A stretch of DNA of 63,795 nucleotides, counting the filler, from Licmophora abbreviata (Eukaryota): the NCBI GenBank assembly GCA_900291995.1. It is 10 parts of 10 records of this genome, joined end to end, with 100 filler letters (N's around TTAATTAATTAA, not from the genome) between each part and the next. Parts side by side here need not be neighbours in the genome. Positions count along the whole stretch, not along the records: positions 45,661 to 50,780 come from OLMU01000547.1; positions 50,881 to 52,798 come from OLMU01000548.1; positions 52,899 to 57,236 come from OLMU01000549.1; positions 57,337 to 63,795 come from OLMU01000550.1; 6 more parts are not named here. The stretch is one strand, 5' to 3'. Below the pieces are notes generated by a model. It was not told the DNA's origin. It made no database searches and saw nothing but the letters and a program-made list of their open reading frames with translations. Shown one piece after another: positions 47,393-59,712 of this stretch. How positions within the stretch are numbered: position 1 is the first letter of the stretch; every line of letters starts with the position of its first letter. The translations under genes were made by a program, and so were the position numbers.

Positions 47393-50286
47393 CTAGAAAG
47401 TTTTCGACTTCTCGAATTTCATCGGGGCTGGTGGATCTTCGTGTATCGTCGGCGAAGACCTACTAGGCTTCTTTTCTCGTCGGAACCGTAGGCGTCGGTG
47501 GTGCTTCTTTGCCGCTTTAGATCCCTTGGATAGACTCTCTTCTGTCCTCGACTGTGCAGCCGATGTACTCATATCTTCTTCGACGAACCCCTCGCCCTCC
47601 TCGGGTGTGACGCTAAGAGAGCTGACGCGTTTGCTGACACTGCGGCGGTACTGGCCCGGAGCTGAGGGACGGAAAGCGTCAACTTCCGATGGTACGGGCG
47701 CAGTGGCATCATCGTTCGGCTGACCGTCAGATCTGCTGCGTGATTTTGCTGAGAGGTTGAAGAGCACCAGGCAAGATAAAAGAAAGACAGATGTGTACGA
47801 CAAGAGCCACTGCGACGATCCGATGGCTTGTCCCCGCCACGCCCATAGCTCCACTGCACCACCGTCGTACATGGCAAACGCTCGATCGAGCTTTCCACGA
47901 AAAAAGGAGAACAAGGGACCGACGACACCGAATGACCGTGATATGACCGACACAAGAACGGTGTAGGCAATATAACACGTCCGCGACACCGCGTTGAGCG
48001 TGAAACCGACAACAGAGATGATCGGCTTCAGAAGAATGCTGCTCGAGATCGACTCAATAATGGTAGAATTCTTCAAGCTCCCAATCGGATCGACGCGCTG
48101 TGCCATGCCCACGAGGAAGCTAACGCAATGATCTTTTGCAAGTGAGCAGTACCAAAGGGCAGCGCGGAACCAGACAGTCATGATGGCTCGGATGACACTA
48201 GACAAGACCATCGCCCCCGAGGCGATAGCTGTGCCCAACCCTACCGTTGAGCTGTAGAATTGCTTAGATTTGCTCCCAGTCTTCATTCCGACCTCGAGGG
48301 CATCAAACGCGTAGACAAGCGATACAAAGCAAAAGACGAAATGGACAAAAGCACAGAGTAGAAGGTATGCCAAGGTTCCCATATCCAGCAGTAGGGACAT
48401 CCACAAGCGCGGGTCAGAGTCGTTCAATGTTTGGTCAAAGCCTAACAACGCGTCCGCGTTGAGCACTGCAAACAAAGTTGAGATTAGGATGGACGAAAAA
48501 ACGAATCTCGCGACTCGGCCATGATCATGCAACCGATAAACGAACCCATTATTCCCTACAAGGCTTTTGTCCGGAACTGGCACAGACTGCACCTCCACAG
48601 AGAGTGAGTTCATAGACATTTGAGATGACTCTGATGATACGAACCCGCGTCTTCGCGCTTTGGCCAGTTTGAGCTCTTCAAGTCGGGATCTCAGATTCTC
48701 AGGGAGCTCCTTTGGCTTCAATCGATCATCGGCCCTCTTTCGTGCTGCAGCAACTTTCGTCGCCTTGGTAGCCTTCGTCCTTGCTTCCATATCACGAAGG
48801 TACTGTGCGATCGGATTGTTGGAGAACACAGAACTCTTCGAGCTCACACTGCTCGCAGAGGTCACAGCCGACACATCGTCACCGTAGTCCCGATTGAAAT
48901 TTGGAGAGCTTGAACTAGGCTGCATTGCGCCTTCAGGCAAGGTTTCGTCACTCTTCTGTTCGTCGTAGAAGCTGCGCGATCCCCTAGGCGACCGATGAAG
49001 CTTGTCCTCCACGTACTCGCGCTCCAGCTCTGCGTCGTTGAGCTGGAACGCGGGAACGGGAGGCATAGTCCAGCCCTCTCGATCACAGAAAGCCTGAAAT
49101 TTCGCCATGAGCCAGCCCTTGTAGAATTTCTCCTCTCGGCGCATTCGTTTTGCGTGAGCGTTCTTCACGGGATTACCGTGCGCCTTCTTGGCAGCCTGCT
49201 GGAGCTTCGAGAATACGACACCGCACAGTTTCCTCATCACAAAGTCAATGAGAGACTGCGGAACAAGGGTGAGGTTGGGGTTGATATTAGCGACCATTTT
49301 TGTCTCCACCGATGTCGGCGATAAAACGCGGACGACGGCGGAAAATTCTCGAATCGTCATGCGCCCGCTTCCAAGACGGCTGGGAGGCTTTGGAATGTCC
49401 AAGTCATCGGGTACTTCGGCGAGATATGGGTACGCGTACGGCTCGTCTTCTGATCGATCCTCGAGCCCTTGCCCGACCAAAAGAATGGTCCCATCTTCCA
49501 TCATGTTGTCGCATCCAAACGCGCGGAACGCCCCATCTCTCGCCAGCCCAAATTGAGGAAGACCGATGAGGAACCACCCAACGGTATCGAGTTTGTCGAG
49601 GTCCTTGACGGTTAGACTCGAGCTGCAAAATGGAGCCCATTTGTAATGAAGGTCCACTTCTTTGAGTACTGCCACCTGTTCGAACAAGGGAACTCCCTTG
49701 AGATCGCCCTCCATCTTGATACTTAGACTGTTATCGGCTTCGCGGCGGTAGTGGGTGGTCACTCCAAACAGAGTCTGAGACAGGATCCAGTCTTCGTCAA
49801 CATTCAAGGTGGTCTGTGCTTTTTGAAGTACATGACACTTTCTCTGTTTATGTCATAAGAAGGAAAAGTAAGCAACGACAAACAAGTTCACTCCTGGCAT
49901 GTCTGGGGTCGTCGCGGATTGCTTACCTCGAGATTTCGCATTTCGGCTCGTTTGGAAGCGAGCAAGTCTTCCGCCGCTTTGAGCTCATGCTCCTTGACAG
50001 CAAGTTCGTCATTTTTCTTGCGTCGTCGAAACGGACTCACTCCGTTCTTCGGAGGTCTGCGCGGAGTTCCTTGCGAGAAGTCGGCCAGTCTCTGCTTAAC
50101 GCTCTGATACAGGGAATAGGCAGCGAAGTGCCGCTCGTCTTGAATCAACGCCAAAATTCTCCTCGCATCCTTCAGGATAGAATCGCTTGGCTTTCCTTCA
50201 TCCTTGGCAGTAGTGGGGGGACGAATTTCATAATCTTCGGCGAAGGAGATGCTCTTCTTTGGCGACGACGGGGCCGTGGACGCCAT
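47393..50286 (-). CDS. START/SRPBCC-like domain protein with C-terminal transmembrane helices
   Basis: Intron 49844-49926 joins the two ORFs in frame. EVDLHYKWAPFC..NINP..VPQSLIDFV resembles a START fold; several hydrophobic segments follow. Confidence 0.65.
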
Positions 50287-50746
50287 GGTGCATACCGGGT
50301 TGTCTTGGTCGAATTTGGAACGAGCGCGTAAATTGTAAATTTGGAAGACTGTACACCGCAGCGTCCGTCTACCTATGTACTTCTATTGAGTCCGTTTGGA
50401 CGAGACTCGAATTTCCGCTGGGGCGTGGCAGTTGAAGTTTTGGCCCCTTTGCGCCTGTGTTCCTATGAGTTCTAACGATGTCACTCGCACACGCAACCCC
50501 AAACTTGAGGCCAACTCAAGTATATACACACAGTCTACCGGCAGTATGAGCACTCTACTACTGTAGACAGTAACTCGTCACTTTGTACGACAAGTAGCTA
50601 GCTAAGTAGACACAAATTCAGATGTAGCTTGTCGCAGAGACGAACCATAACCTTCGACAAACGCAAGCAACTCACGTCATCGCACTCGAAACAAAAACAC
50701 TGTAGACTAGCTCACTTGTAAGGAGCTCTTTTCATTCGCTGCTGCT

Positions 50747-51457
50747 CTAGTACACCTCAACATGCCACTGCTTCTTCGCCNNNNNNNNNNNNNNNNNNNN
50801 NNNNNNNNNNNNNNNNNNNNNNNNTTAATTAATTAANNNNNNNNNNNNNNNNNNNNNNNNNNNNNNNNNNNNNNNNNNNNACCCTGTTTGGATCCACCGT
50901 TCAAAAAGACTGCACCGGCAGCTCCCGCGGCCACCACGCCGGCACCGATACCGATGAGTTTCTTGGTATTCTCTGCGGTGTCGACTACCTCCAAGGTCTT
51001 CTTCGCTGCGAGTGCTGCCGGTGGCGCACCGGTCGAAGCCAAAGCAATGGTGGAGAGCACACCCGCCGCTTTTCCGAGAGTCTGTTTCCGATTTTTTGGT
51101 GTGATTGCAGTGAGTATGAATACATGGCGTGAGTGACCGGCGAAATCTCGAGTCTGTCAATGAGGACCATTCGATACGCAGAAAACCTACCTTCAAGGCG
51201 AACTTCCTCTTGGCTCCAGACTCTGCTTCGAGAGCAACCGTATTGGCGCTGGAACATAAACAAGCGAGAAAACAAAGAGAGTTCCGTCAGCGATGTATAC
51301 TCGTATCATACTGGTAGCAAGCACAAGAAACATATCACTCCATCAAGATAGAGTGAGAAAGCAGATCTTACCGCACAGAGGCTTGCTGCGAAGGAGCAAA
51401 CGCGCTCGTGGTGGCCGCGAGCGCCAAGCTAGCGACCAGGCTTGTCTGTATCTTCAT
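50747..51457 (-). CDS. Unknown plastid/thylakoid-targeted protein, paralog B (middle in gap)
   Basis: TTSA-FAP presequence; introns 51249-51371 and 51082-51190; second signal RKFALKTLGKAAGVLSTIAL..AALA, then a transmembrane helix. After the gap: AKKQWHVEVY-stop. Confidence 0.75.
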
Positions 51458-51841
51458 TTTGAAAGCTTTGAACGACACTGCTGTATCCGTATAACTGGTA
51501 CACCAGGGTGCAGACGTGCTCAAGGGCGGCTGTTGGGTGCGCTCGGCGGATCTTTGGTCATGCCACCGGAGAAAGGTGACTGACGCACGCAGGATCGCGA
51601 CTGCGTAGAAGTGCGTAGAAACCAGTACCCAGAACTCAACTTGGTCACTTTTTGGCGGGAACACTTGTTTGAGTCGAGGGAATCATGAACAATAAGCCCA
51701 ACGCGCGACTAGAGTTTATGACACGCGCGACTGAGACATTCTGAATTCTTCCAAATTTTGGAATGATTGCGAGGAGATCTTCAATCTGTGTCTGAAACCT
51801 GGCACAACTGCGAATGAAAGGCCACGAAGTCGTGGTTGACC

Positions 51842-53899
51842 ATGACGGAGCCAAGATACCCCACAGGCTTTTCCGATGTCGGTACGCGTACTGCGCCAAC
51901 CCCTGTTGAATTTCCAACCTTCACTTCGATCGACCAAGTGGTCGAGTTCGTTATTCAAGCCGGTGATCTTTGGCAATGGACTGATGAGTTCACGAATTGT
52001 ATCATCCCAGACCCACCGCATCCACACGATGTTCTCATGGGGCGGGGCGGCGTCTCAAATGCCCACGAAGGGAATTTCTGGTACCGCAGCCTATGTACTT
52101 TTTATAAGACACTCTACCGGCAAAGCAAGAAGAATCACAAGATCATGATCAGCAAGGCGGTGGTCGCGGCGGTGCGTGCCCGAAATCCTGCCGGTCGCTT
52201 CCTGGAATTCCACAGAACCACCAATTCCTGGCAACCCGTCTCTTGCGCTCGAGCCGTTTCAAAGACTTCGCAGACCTTGCGGGATAAGATTCCTCCCACT
52301 TCTTCAATAAAGAAAGGGGGAAAACGGTCAGCTCGTGCAGCTGCTAATTCCCCGATCGCAGCCGTTGCGCTAGCAAGCCCGACATCCAGCGCAAACGCTG
52401 CCGGTCGTCGGACTGGTCTGGACTCAGAAAAGATAGACGCCGCTGAAGCGATTCTGGCCTTCGCTGGGACGAATCAGAAACGCGCTCGTCTTGAACCACC
52501 GAATCAAGCCGCCGCTTTACTCCCTGCCTCGTCCTCGCTGACCGGGGGTCATTCGCCGACAACGATTCAGGTGCATCAGGCCACCACAGCAGCATCAACA
52601 CCAGCATCAGTAGCAAGCACAAGAACTACAGCGACATCAGTAGTCACAGCAGCAGCAGCGGCGGCGGCGCCATTGCAGGAACCGCCTGGAGTAGCGCCTC
52701 CCAGAGCCCTGCCGCTAGCTCCGACTCCAAACACCGGTTCTTCTCCCTCGTCTCCTCACATTCCAGATCAGCAGATGATGATGACTGTGCCTGCAATTNN
52801 NNNNNNNNNNNNNNNNNNNNNNNNNNNNNNNNNNNNNNNNNNTTAATTAATTAANNNNNNNNNNNNNNNNNNNNNNNNNNNNNNNNNNNNNNNNNNNNTG
52901 ATGATGACTGTGCCTGCAATTGGGCGGATGCTGAAAATGAAGGAGCTAGCTAACGAATACCCTTCGCAAGTCTTCCAGCTGAAGATGCCTCGCATGAATG
53001 ATGTTCGACTCGGCCGCGGAGGGCACGCGGCGAGGCACCCCGGCAACGTCTGGTACCGGACTCTCATCAGCAAATACCGAGACTTGTACCAACAATCGAA
53101 AAAGTTCCAGAAAATGATTGTCAGCAAGTCAATCGTTTTTGCAGTAACTTACCGTGATCCTCCGGGCAGGTTCCTTGAAATGCGAACCGACTTGCTCTGG
53201 CATTCTGTGCCATTCCATCGCGCGGTCGCCAAAACATCCCAGGCTCTTCGAGAGAAGGACAACGGGGGCCTTGCAAACGTAGATTCCACCGCTGCCTCAC
53301 AATCTAACTTTGCGACAGTGGTGCTGGGCCGGCTAATTGACATCCAGAAGGCATCTTCAAAGATATATCCCCTCCATCACTATCTGTGGTCCACCAATAC
53401 GGCCATCGAGTTGGATTGTGTCCGCGCTTTTCTTCGGGACAACCCATCGGTAATCGAAAGTGCTGACAACGACTCCAACTTGCCTGTACATGTTGCCTGC
53501 GCGACCAATGCGCCTCTCGATGTAATGGAATTGCTAATCGGAGATGGTTGGAAAACGCTCCAAGCGAAGAACCGATTTGGTTGGCTACCGCTACATGTCG
53601 CTTGTGCGAACGGAGCGAGCATAGGTGTGGTTGAAATGGTCTTTGACGCATTTCCAGTGGCGATATGTCAGCCAGCTGGTCAGTTGAGGTGGTGGCTTCC
53701 GCTGCACGTCGCTTGTGCCAGCAGAGCGAGCGTTGACGTTGTTCGTTTCCTCCTCGAGAAGCACCCCACAGCCATTGGACTGTATGACGCCAGGAGGAAG
53801 CTTCCTATTGACCTTGCTCGCGAGAACGGGGCTTATCGAGAGACGCTCGATCTACTGCATCATGCCTCCATACCCCCTCGGCGGCAAACGGTGCGCTAG
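51842..53899 (+). CDS. Tandem DUF6824-type domains + ankyrin repeats (one gene across a closable gap)
   Basis: Two DVxxGRGG..HxGNxWYR..PxGRFLE..KTSQxLR domains; ankyrin-like LPxHVACA three times; the gap flanks overlap in frame. Confidence 0.75.
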
Positions 53900-54104
53900 G
53901 ATAAGGGGAGAGCGACCTTCATAGGCTGTAAAAGTAGAAACTAGTAAACTCTATCGTGTACGGAAAGCCTCCAGAAATCGTAAAGCAGACGTCTGTGGCA
54001 GGTCCGCTTCTTCGAGCGAAAGGATGTCGGCTGTAAACTTATCCACCCCCAACCGTACCTGGTACCCGCACCGGTACGCAACTGATTCGATTCAGCCTAG
54101 ACCA

Positions 54105-54412
54105 AAATATCGAGGACGAACAGAAGTGAGCTCGCCTCAGCAAATGACTTGCAAACGGATGGGAGCGACTCTACGCAACCTAGTTCTGTATGGATTACCG
54201 AGCTCAATTTCAATCAAGCTATCGTCGATTCACCACTGGTGTACCTGGTATACATTTTCAGTTCAGAAGAGAATATCGAGGACGAATAGAAGTGAAACGG
54301 ACAAACGGTGGTGGCGCCTAGTCGACCAACCTGGTTCTGTATGAATTACCGAGCGCAGTTTCAATCAAGCAATCGTCGATTCGCCACTGGTGAATACATT
54401 TTCAGTTCAGAA
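54105..54412. repeat. Imperfect intergenic direct tandem repeat (two units of about 150-165 nt)
   Basis: aatatcgaggacgaa.agaagtga and caacct.gttctgtatg.attaccgagc.ca.tttcaatcaagc.atcgtcgattc.ccactggtg..atacattttcagttcagaa each occur twice. Confidence 0.85.
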
Positions 54413-54631
54413 TAGACTTGGCGTTAACGATATTATAAAACACCAGATCGCCGAGCGATCATGCGTAAAGCAGGTACCCGCTTCTACTGTACTACGTAAA
54501 CAACCCCAAACGATGTATCGCCAACCATGATGACATGCGCAACACCGGAGATCGTCCGTACAAACTTCTAGCCCCATGTTGCTCCAAGCGACAGGGGCGA
54601 CGTTTACGAACTGACTCGGAAGATAAACCGT

Positions 54632-56378
54632 TTAGAAAAACGACACGTCGTACATGGTCGGGTTTCGGATTTCGGTAGATACATGGTCGTATTTCGGGTT
54701 GTCGAACTTACGCTTGACAGCGATAAGTTCACGTCTAGAAGCCGTGACGACTTCCTCGCTGATCTTATCAACGATATGCTCGGCACACTCCTTGATTGCG
54801 GATACTCGGAAGCCTGTGTAGTCGAGAAGCACTTGAGGCTGTGATGTGATTGAGAACACAAGAGGGGATCTATTAGCTCCCACAAGTGACAATACCAATA
54901 GTACCCGCGACAAGTTGTGTCTGTCTACTTACGATTCCAGGACGATCCTGGGAAAACTGCCCCCCTACTTCCATGACGTCTTGGTTATTCAAGGCAAGGC
55001 AGACCGCAGCTGCAGCTACAAGCGAGGGACGATACTTGAGAAAGGAGTATTCTTGCAGAGTTCGCTCCAAATAGTATGAGGCCGCAGTTTTTGTGATCTC
55101 GGAAGCATGCGTAAGTTTGAGGAAGCGTAAAAGAAAATTGTGACCGTGAGGAACCGTCAGCTTGAATTCGAGAGCCTTGACGATTTCTTGTTCCATGTCG
55201 AGGACTTCTTGCCGAGTATACGTTCGGTCCGTAATGTAGACACAGTCGCGGACTTCGGGCGGATAGATCTCTTCGTACTTGCAAGCGACGAGCAGCGCAG
55301 TGACACCGACGAGCTGTAGCTGTCGTCGTTCCACTTGGAGCTGTTCGCAGTATCGGTCAATGATGTTCACACAAAGGTAGAGAGTTTGCGGGACAAGGCG
55401 AAACTTCATGTGCACTTCGACAAGCCAGTCGACCAGAATTGATCGCATCATCCCATTGATTTCCTCTTGGCCGCTCATGTACGGTCGGGGACGTGTCTTC
55501 GCCTATGGAAAAAGGAAATGGCAAGGGATATGTGGGACACTGTATGAAGTGCGATCGAGGTCAACACGGTACGAGCATACCTCTGCAAAATAGAGACGCT
55601 GGAAAATATCTGTCACGTAGTCTGGCACAGCGAGTACGTCCAGGCCTTCACCTCCTACAGGCTTGTCATGGGAAGCCACGCCGACGGTGTATCGGGACGC
55701 ATCGAGAGGAGCCCGAACAAGACCATGGCCAGAACTGTACAAAAGATCCTGACATAGATTTCTCGGCTTGGGCTTGCAACGGCTACTCCGTCGGGTGGGT
55801 GGGGTGTGGCCTTCGCTCGTTGGTCGAGACGATGATGATCGACTGCAGGAGGGCTTCGGTTTTGCAGCCGACTTGGAGTTTGTTTTACCGCGCTTCGCTG
55901 GTCGCGTCGCTTCCACCTCCGTCTCGCGGGTGCGTTTCTGTACAGATCGGGTCTTCCGACGCGGTTCATCGACGACTGTGGTTTGGGCCAGAGTGGACGA
56001 CCGTAGCGAGCGTTTACGTTCAGGGACACGATTGTCTTCTGGAGCGTCCATCGGTCTGCTCGTAGCAGCTCCCCCGTTCTTGGTGACCCCAGCCTTAGAT
56101 GATCGCGATACACCACGGTTCGAAACGTCACCCTGTAGTTCGAAGCCGACAAGAGGGTGGCAGCACAAGAGAGAGCAGAGTGAGAATTTAATAGAACCAT
56201 GCAACGCGTGTAGAACGAACGATTGCAGCACAATCGAGAGCTGTGCATGAACACGAGGCTGCGACTTCGCGACACTCACCAGCGCCGTCCGCCTCTTGGC
56301 AGGTTGTGCTACCGTCGTGGCGTCCTCAGAGGCCCGTGTCGGACGAGAACGTCCAACCATTGACCGTGTCTTCGTCAT
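54632..56378 (-). CDS. CYCB: Mitotic cyclin (B-type)
   Basis: Cyclin box MRSILVDWLVEVH..LQLVG..KYEEIYPP. D-box RTALGDVSN is formed across intron 56133-56279; further introns 55503-55580 and 54839-54932. Confidence 0.9.
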
Positions 56379-57071
56379 GGCTACAGTCTAGCGGTATTGA
56401 ACGACAGGATGCTAAAGTGAAAAAAAAATCAATCGAAAGTGAGCGAGCGAATGCGAAAGTGATATCTGGGCAAGATTTCACGCGGGGATCGACACGCCTC
56501 GTGGTCATGGCGATGGGATTGCTTTATCGAGGTTCTGTCCTCGGTTCCAGGAGGGCACTTTCAAGAAGGAGCCAGTTCCGAGCACATGGTCGTCGGCTGC
56601 GACTCGCTGACCGCAGCGATGACGCGTTTTCCTCCTTTCGTGGCCAGCAGTGTTCTTTAGGAGCCTCAGAAGACCATGTGAGGACCAAGAGGCATAGATT
56701 CACAACCAAAAGAGGCCGCTGGGCCAGAGAAGCGTACTTCCAGCGCTATCATTGGACTCCGTGGACACCTCGACGCACGTTTCGCGAATTCTCCGCTCTG
56801 TCGTCTCTCGTTCTCCCCAGACCCCGTTCCTTCGCTACTTTTCTACTCTTACAAGTCTCTTACCTCCCAGAGTAGCTACAAAGATAAAAAGCTTCGTATC
56901 AATGGTTTTCAGCCCGCTTTCTTGTCACTGTTCACCGTCAAGGTGCATCAACATGGAAAATGATTGTCACAAATCCAGAGCCCCAAAAGACACCATGACC
57001 TATTCAAAAAGGCTACTTATAAAAGGACATGAAGGTGTGTATAACGCCACTTACTTGCATGGCTCGCTTGA

Positions 57072-57500
57072 CCCCCTATCAAAATTTGTCAATCGTGAGA
57101 AGCAATTCCATCACTTCAGACCTGTATGATGCATTTGAATCCAAGCGCTTCGACTGACTCGACTCGAAGAGTCCTTTGTATTCTGTACTTCGCCCGTGAA
57201 CCGAATCTTGGAAGAATCTCGGCGAGCGGTGTGATGNNNNNNNNNNNNNNNNNNNNNNNNNNNNNNNNNNNNNNNNNNNNTTAATTAATTAANNNNNNNN
57301 NNNNNNNNNNNNNNNNNNNNNNNNNNNNNNNNNNNNCCCCTATCAAAATTTGTCAATCGTGAGAAGCAATTCCATGACTTCAGACCTGTATGATGCATTT
57401 GAATCCAAGCGCTTCGACTGACTCGACTCCAAGAGTCCATTGTATTCTGTACTTCGCCCGTGAACCGAATCTTGGAAGAATCTCGGCGAGCGGTGTGATG
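57072..57500. repeat. About 165-nt near-identical duplication flanking a gap (probable allelic overlap)
   Basis: 57072-57236 matches 57337-57500 with three substitutions. Confidence 0.9.
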
Positions 57501-57787
57501 TCGATCTCTGTTTTGTTTTGGAGGGAAAGGCTGTGAAGATTCATCGTCGATGGTCGATGACACAAGCTGATCTTCAAGTAGCGCTCCTGTTTTGGTTGTG
57601 CGGGCTTTAGTTCTTCGTTGGATCGTTGAGAGTGAAACGCCAGGGCAAGGCCAACTGAATTTGAGACGACGAGACTGAAAGTCTGACGGCGGGCCTCACC
57701 ACATCAAGTGTCTCGGTTGTTTGTGAATGTGGCAGAAGCGAACTCTGAATTTACGAAGGATCTTGTCACCAGAAGAATTCGTCTTCA

Positions 57788-59553
57788 ATGGGGTGCCAAC
57801 AATCATCGCCCGTCGAAAGCAAATCTTCCGCTCCGGCGAAAGCCGCGAGAAGTGCCGCAGTGGCCTCTCCTCCCAAGACCGCCTCTGTGCAGGCATCAAA
57901 GAAGAAGAAGAGGCCCATGGGAGTTGGTGCGACGGAACGTTTGACATCAAATCGCAAAAAGAAGCTCGAATCAATGATCGGAGCTGACAACGTCAAAATT
58001 GACGACAAACCAAAACTCAACGGTAGCGGTCAGCTCATGCCAGAGGAAGTTGTGAAGCGAACCTCCAGTAGCATCAAGAATTCGCATGTTACTTTGGGCG
58101 AAGCTGCGAAAGGCAACGTTGTCGAAGTGAAGTACGCATACTGGTCACAGCGAGGCTACTATCCGGATGGTGAGTAACCGACTCGTCTGTGCGATCTTTT
58201 GACTAGATTTTTGATTCCTCGCTTATTCGTCATTCGGTCCTTCCAAGACCCCAACAAGGCAAACCAGGACGACTATGGCATAACCCTCAAGTTCGGTGGG
58301 GCGGATGGCGATGCGCTTTTCTGTGTATACGACGGCCACGGCGCCAGAGGGGACGACTGCGCAAAGTACGCAAAAAAGAAGGTCCCAAAAGCCATGGAAA
58401 AGTACATTCGACAGAAGCGCGTCAAGGCATACCAGGATGAGCTCAAGGCCGCGGGTCACCCGACCAAGGGATCTTACAATCCAGCCCTGTGGCCCAAACT
58501 GTCTGTAGAGGATTATGAGGAAGCCTGCCGAAAGAGCCTTATCGAAGTTAACAAGAAGATGCACGATGACGATACGGTGAGTGTCCCTTGGAACCTACTC
58601 GATAGAATGTGTGGGGGCATCTTTCAGCGACGTAGCCTTCTTACGCGGGTTGCGCCTGCCTATTTAAAAACAAACAGATTGAAGATAAGCTGAGTGGAAC
58701 GACAGCCGTCACCGCTGGTTTTCATTTTGGTCGATTGACTGTATGTAACGTCGGCGATAGTCGCGTAGTAATGGGGCATCGGATTTCTCCGGGGGGATCG
58801 AATGGTCGAGAGGAGGAAAAGACGGAGGTTGGCGAAGAACCGTCGATCACTGCTGACAACTCGCTCGTAGCGGTTCCATTCTCCAGTGACCAGACACCTT
58901 ATCGAAAGGACGAACGGGAGCGAGTGCGAAAGGCGGGGGCTGATGTTATGTCGATGGACCAGATGGAAGGCGACGCTCCAATGCACGACAACTGGGGCGA
59001 CATGGTGCTTGGCGAAGATATCGATTATGCTGGTGATCCTCCACGAGTATGGGTGAAGGGCTGTGAGTACCCGGGATGTGCGTTTACGAGATCGATAGGT
59101 GATTTGCTGGCCGATGAGGTGGGCGTGTCCGCTGAACCCGAAATCATGACCAAGGAGCTCACTCCAGACGATCAAATCCTCGTGATTGCTTCCGATGGTA
59201 TTTTTGAGTTTTTGACGAACCAAGGCGTTATTGATCTCTGTGCCGAGTGTGTTTCTCCGTTGGAGGCGTGTGAGAGTGTGGTGAAGCAAGCGTACAACCA
59301 GTGGTTGACGCACGAGGACCGGACGGATGACATAACAATCATTGTGTGCTTCTTGAATGTTATGGGCGGGTCTGTCGAGCATCTCAGTGGCACAACTGAC
59401 GAGATGGTTACAGACGGAAGCATTGCCTTGAGAGGTCAGAAGCCAATCCGTATCAACGACCGACGGAAGAAAGGGGTGAACAATTCGATGAAGAAGCTGC
59501 CTGCCGACTTCCTGCATCAGGCGACCGAAGAAAAGAAAGAAGAAAATGTGTAA
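57788..59553 (+). CDS. PP2C/PPM protein phosphatase, predicted N-myristoylated/palmitoylated
   Basis: MGCQQS, NQD, VYDGHG, SGTT, NVGDSR, AFTRSIGD, IASDG and DDIT; introns 58170-58247 and 58577-58677. Confidence 0.93.
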
Positions 59554-59712
59554 TTGGATGTGACCGCATAATATGCATAGTAGTAGTACGAACAAGTGGA
59601 AAGAGAATAGATGGCTTAGCACCAGGTATAGCGCTAGTCGTCGATTGCGATTCATCCTTAAACACTGACGGGTCTATCTTCTATCGTATCCAACAACAGT
59701 AAAATTGCTCGG

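Noticed and set aside
54105..54412. Possible CRISPR-like array
   Set aside because: Only two long degenerate units, no repeat-spacer periodicity, eukaryotic context and no cas genes.
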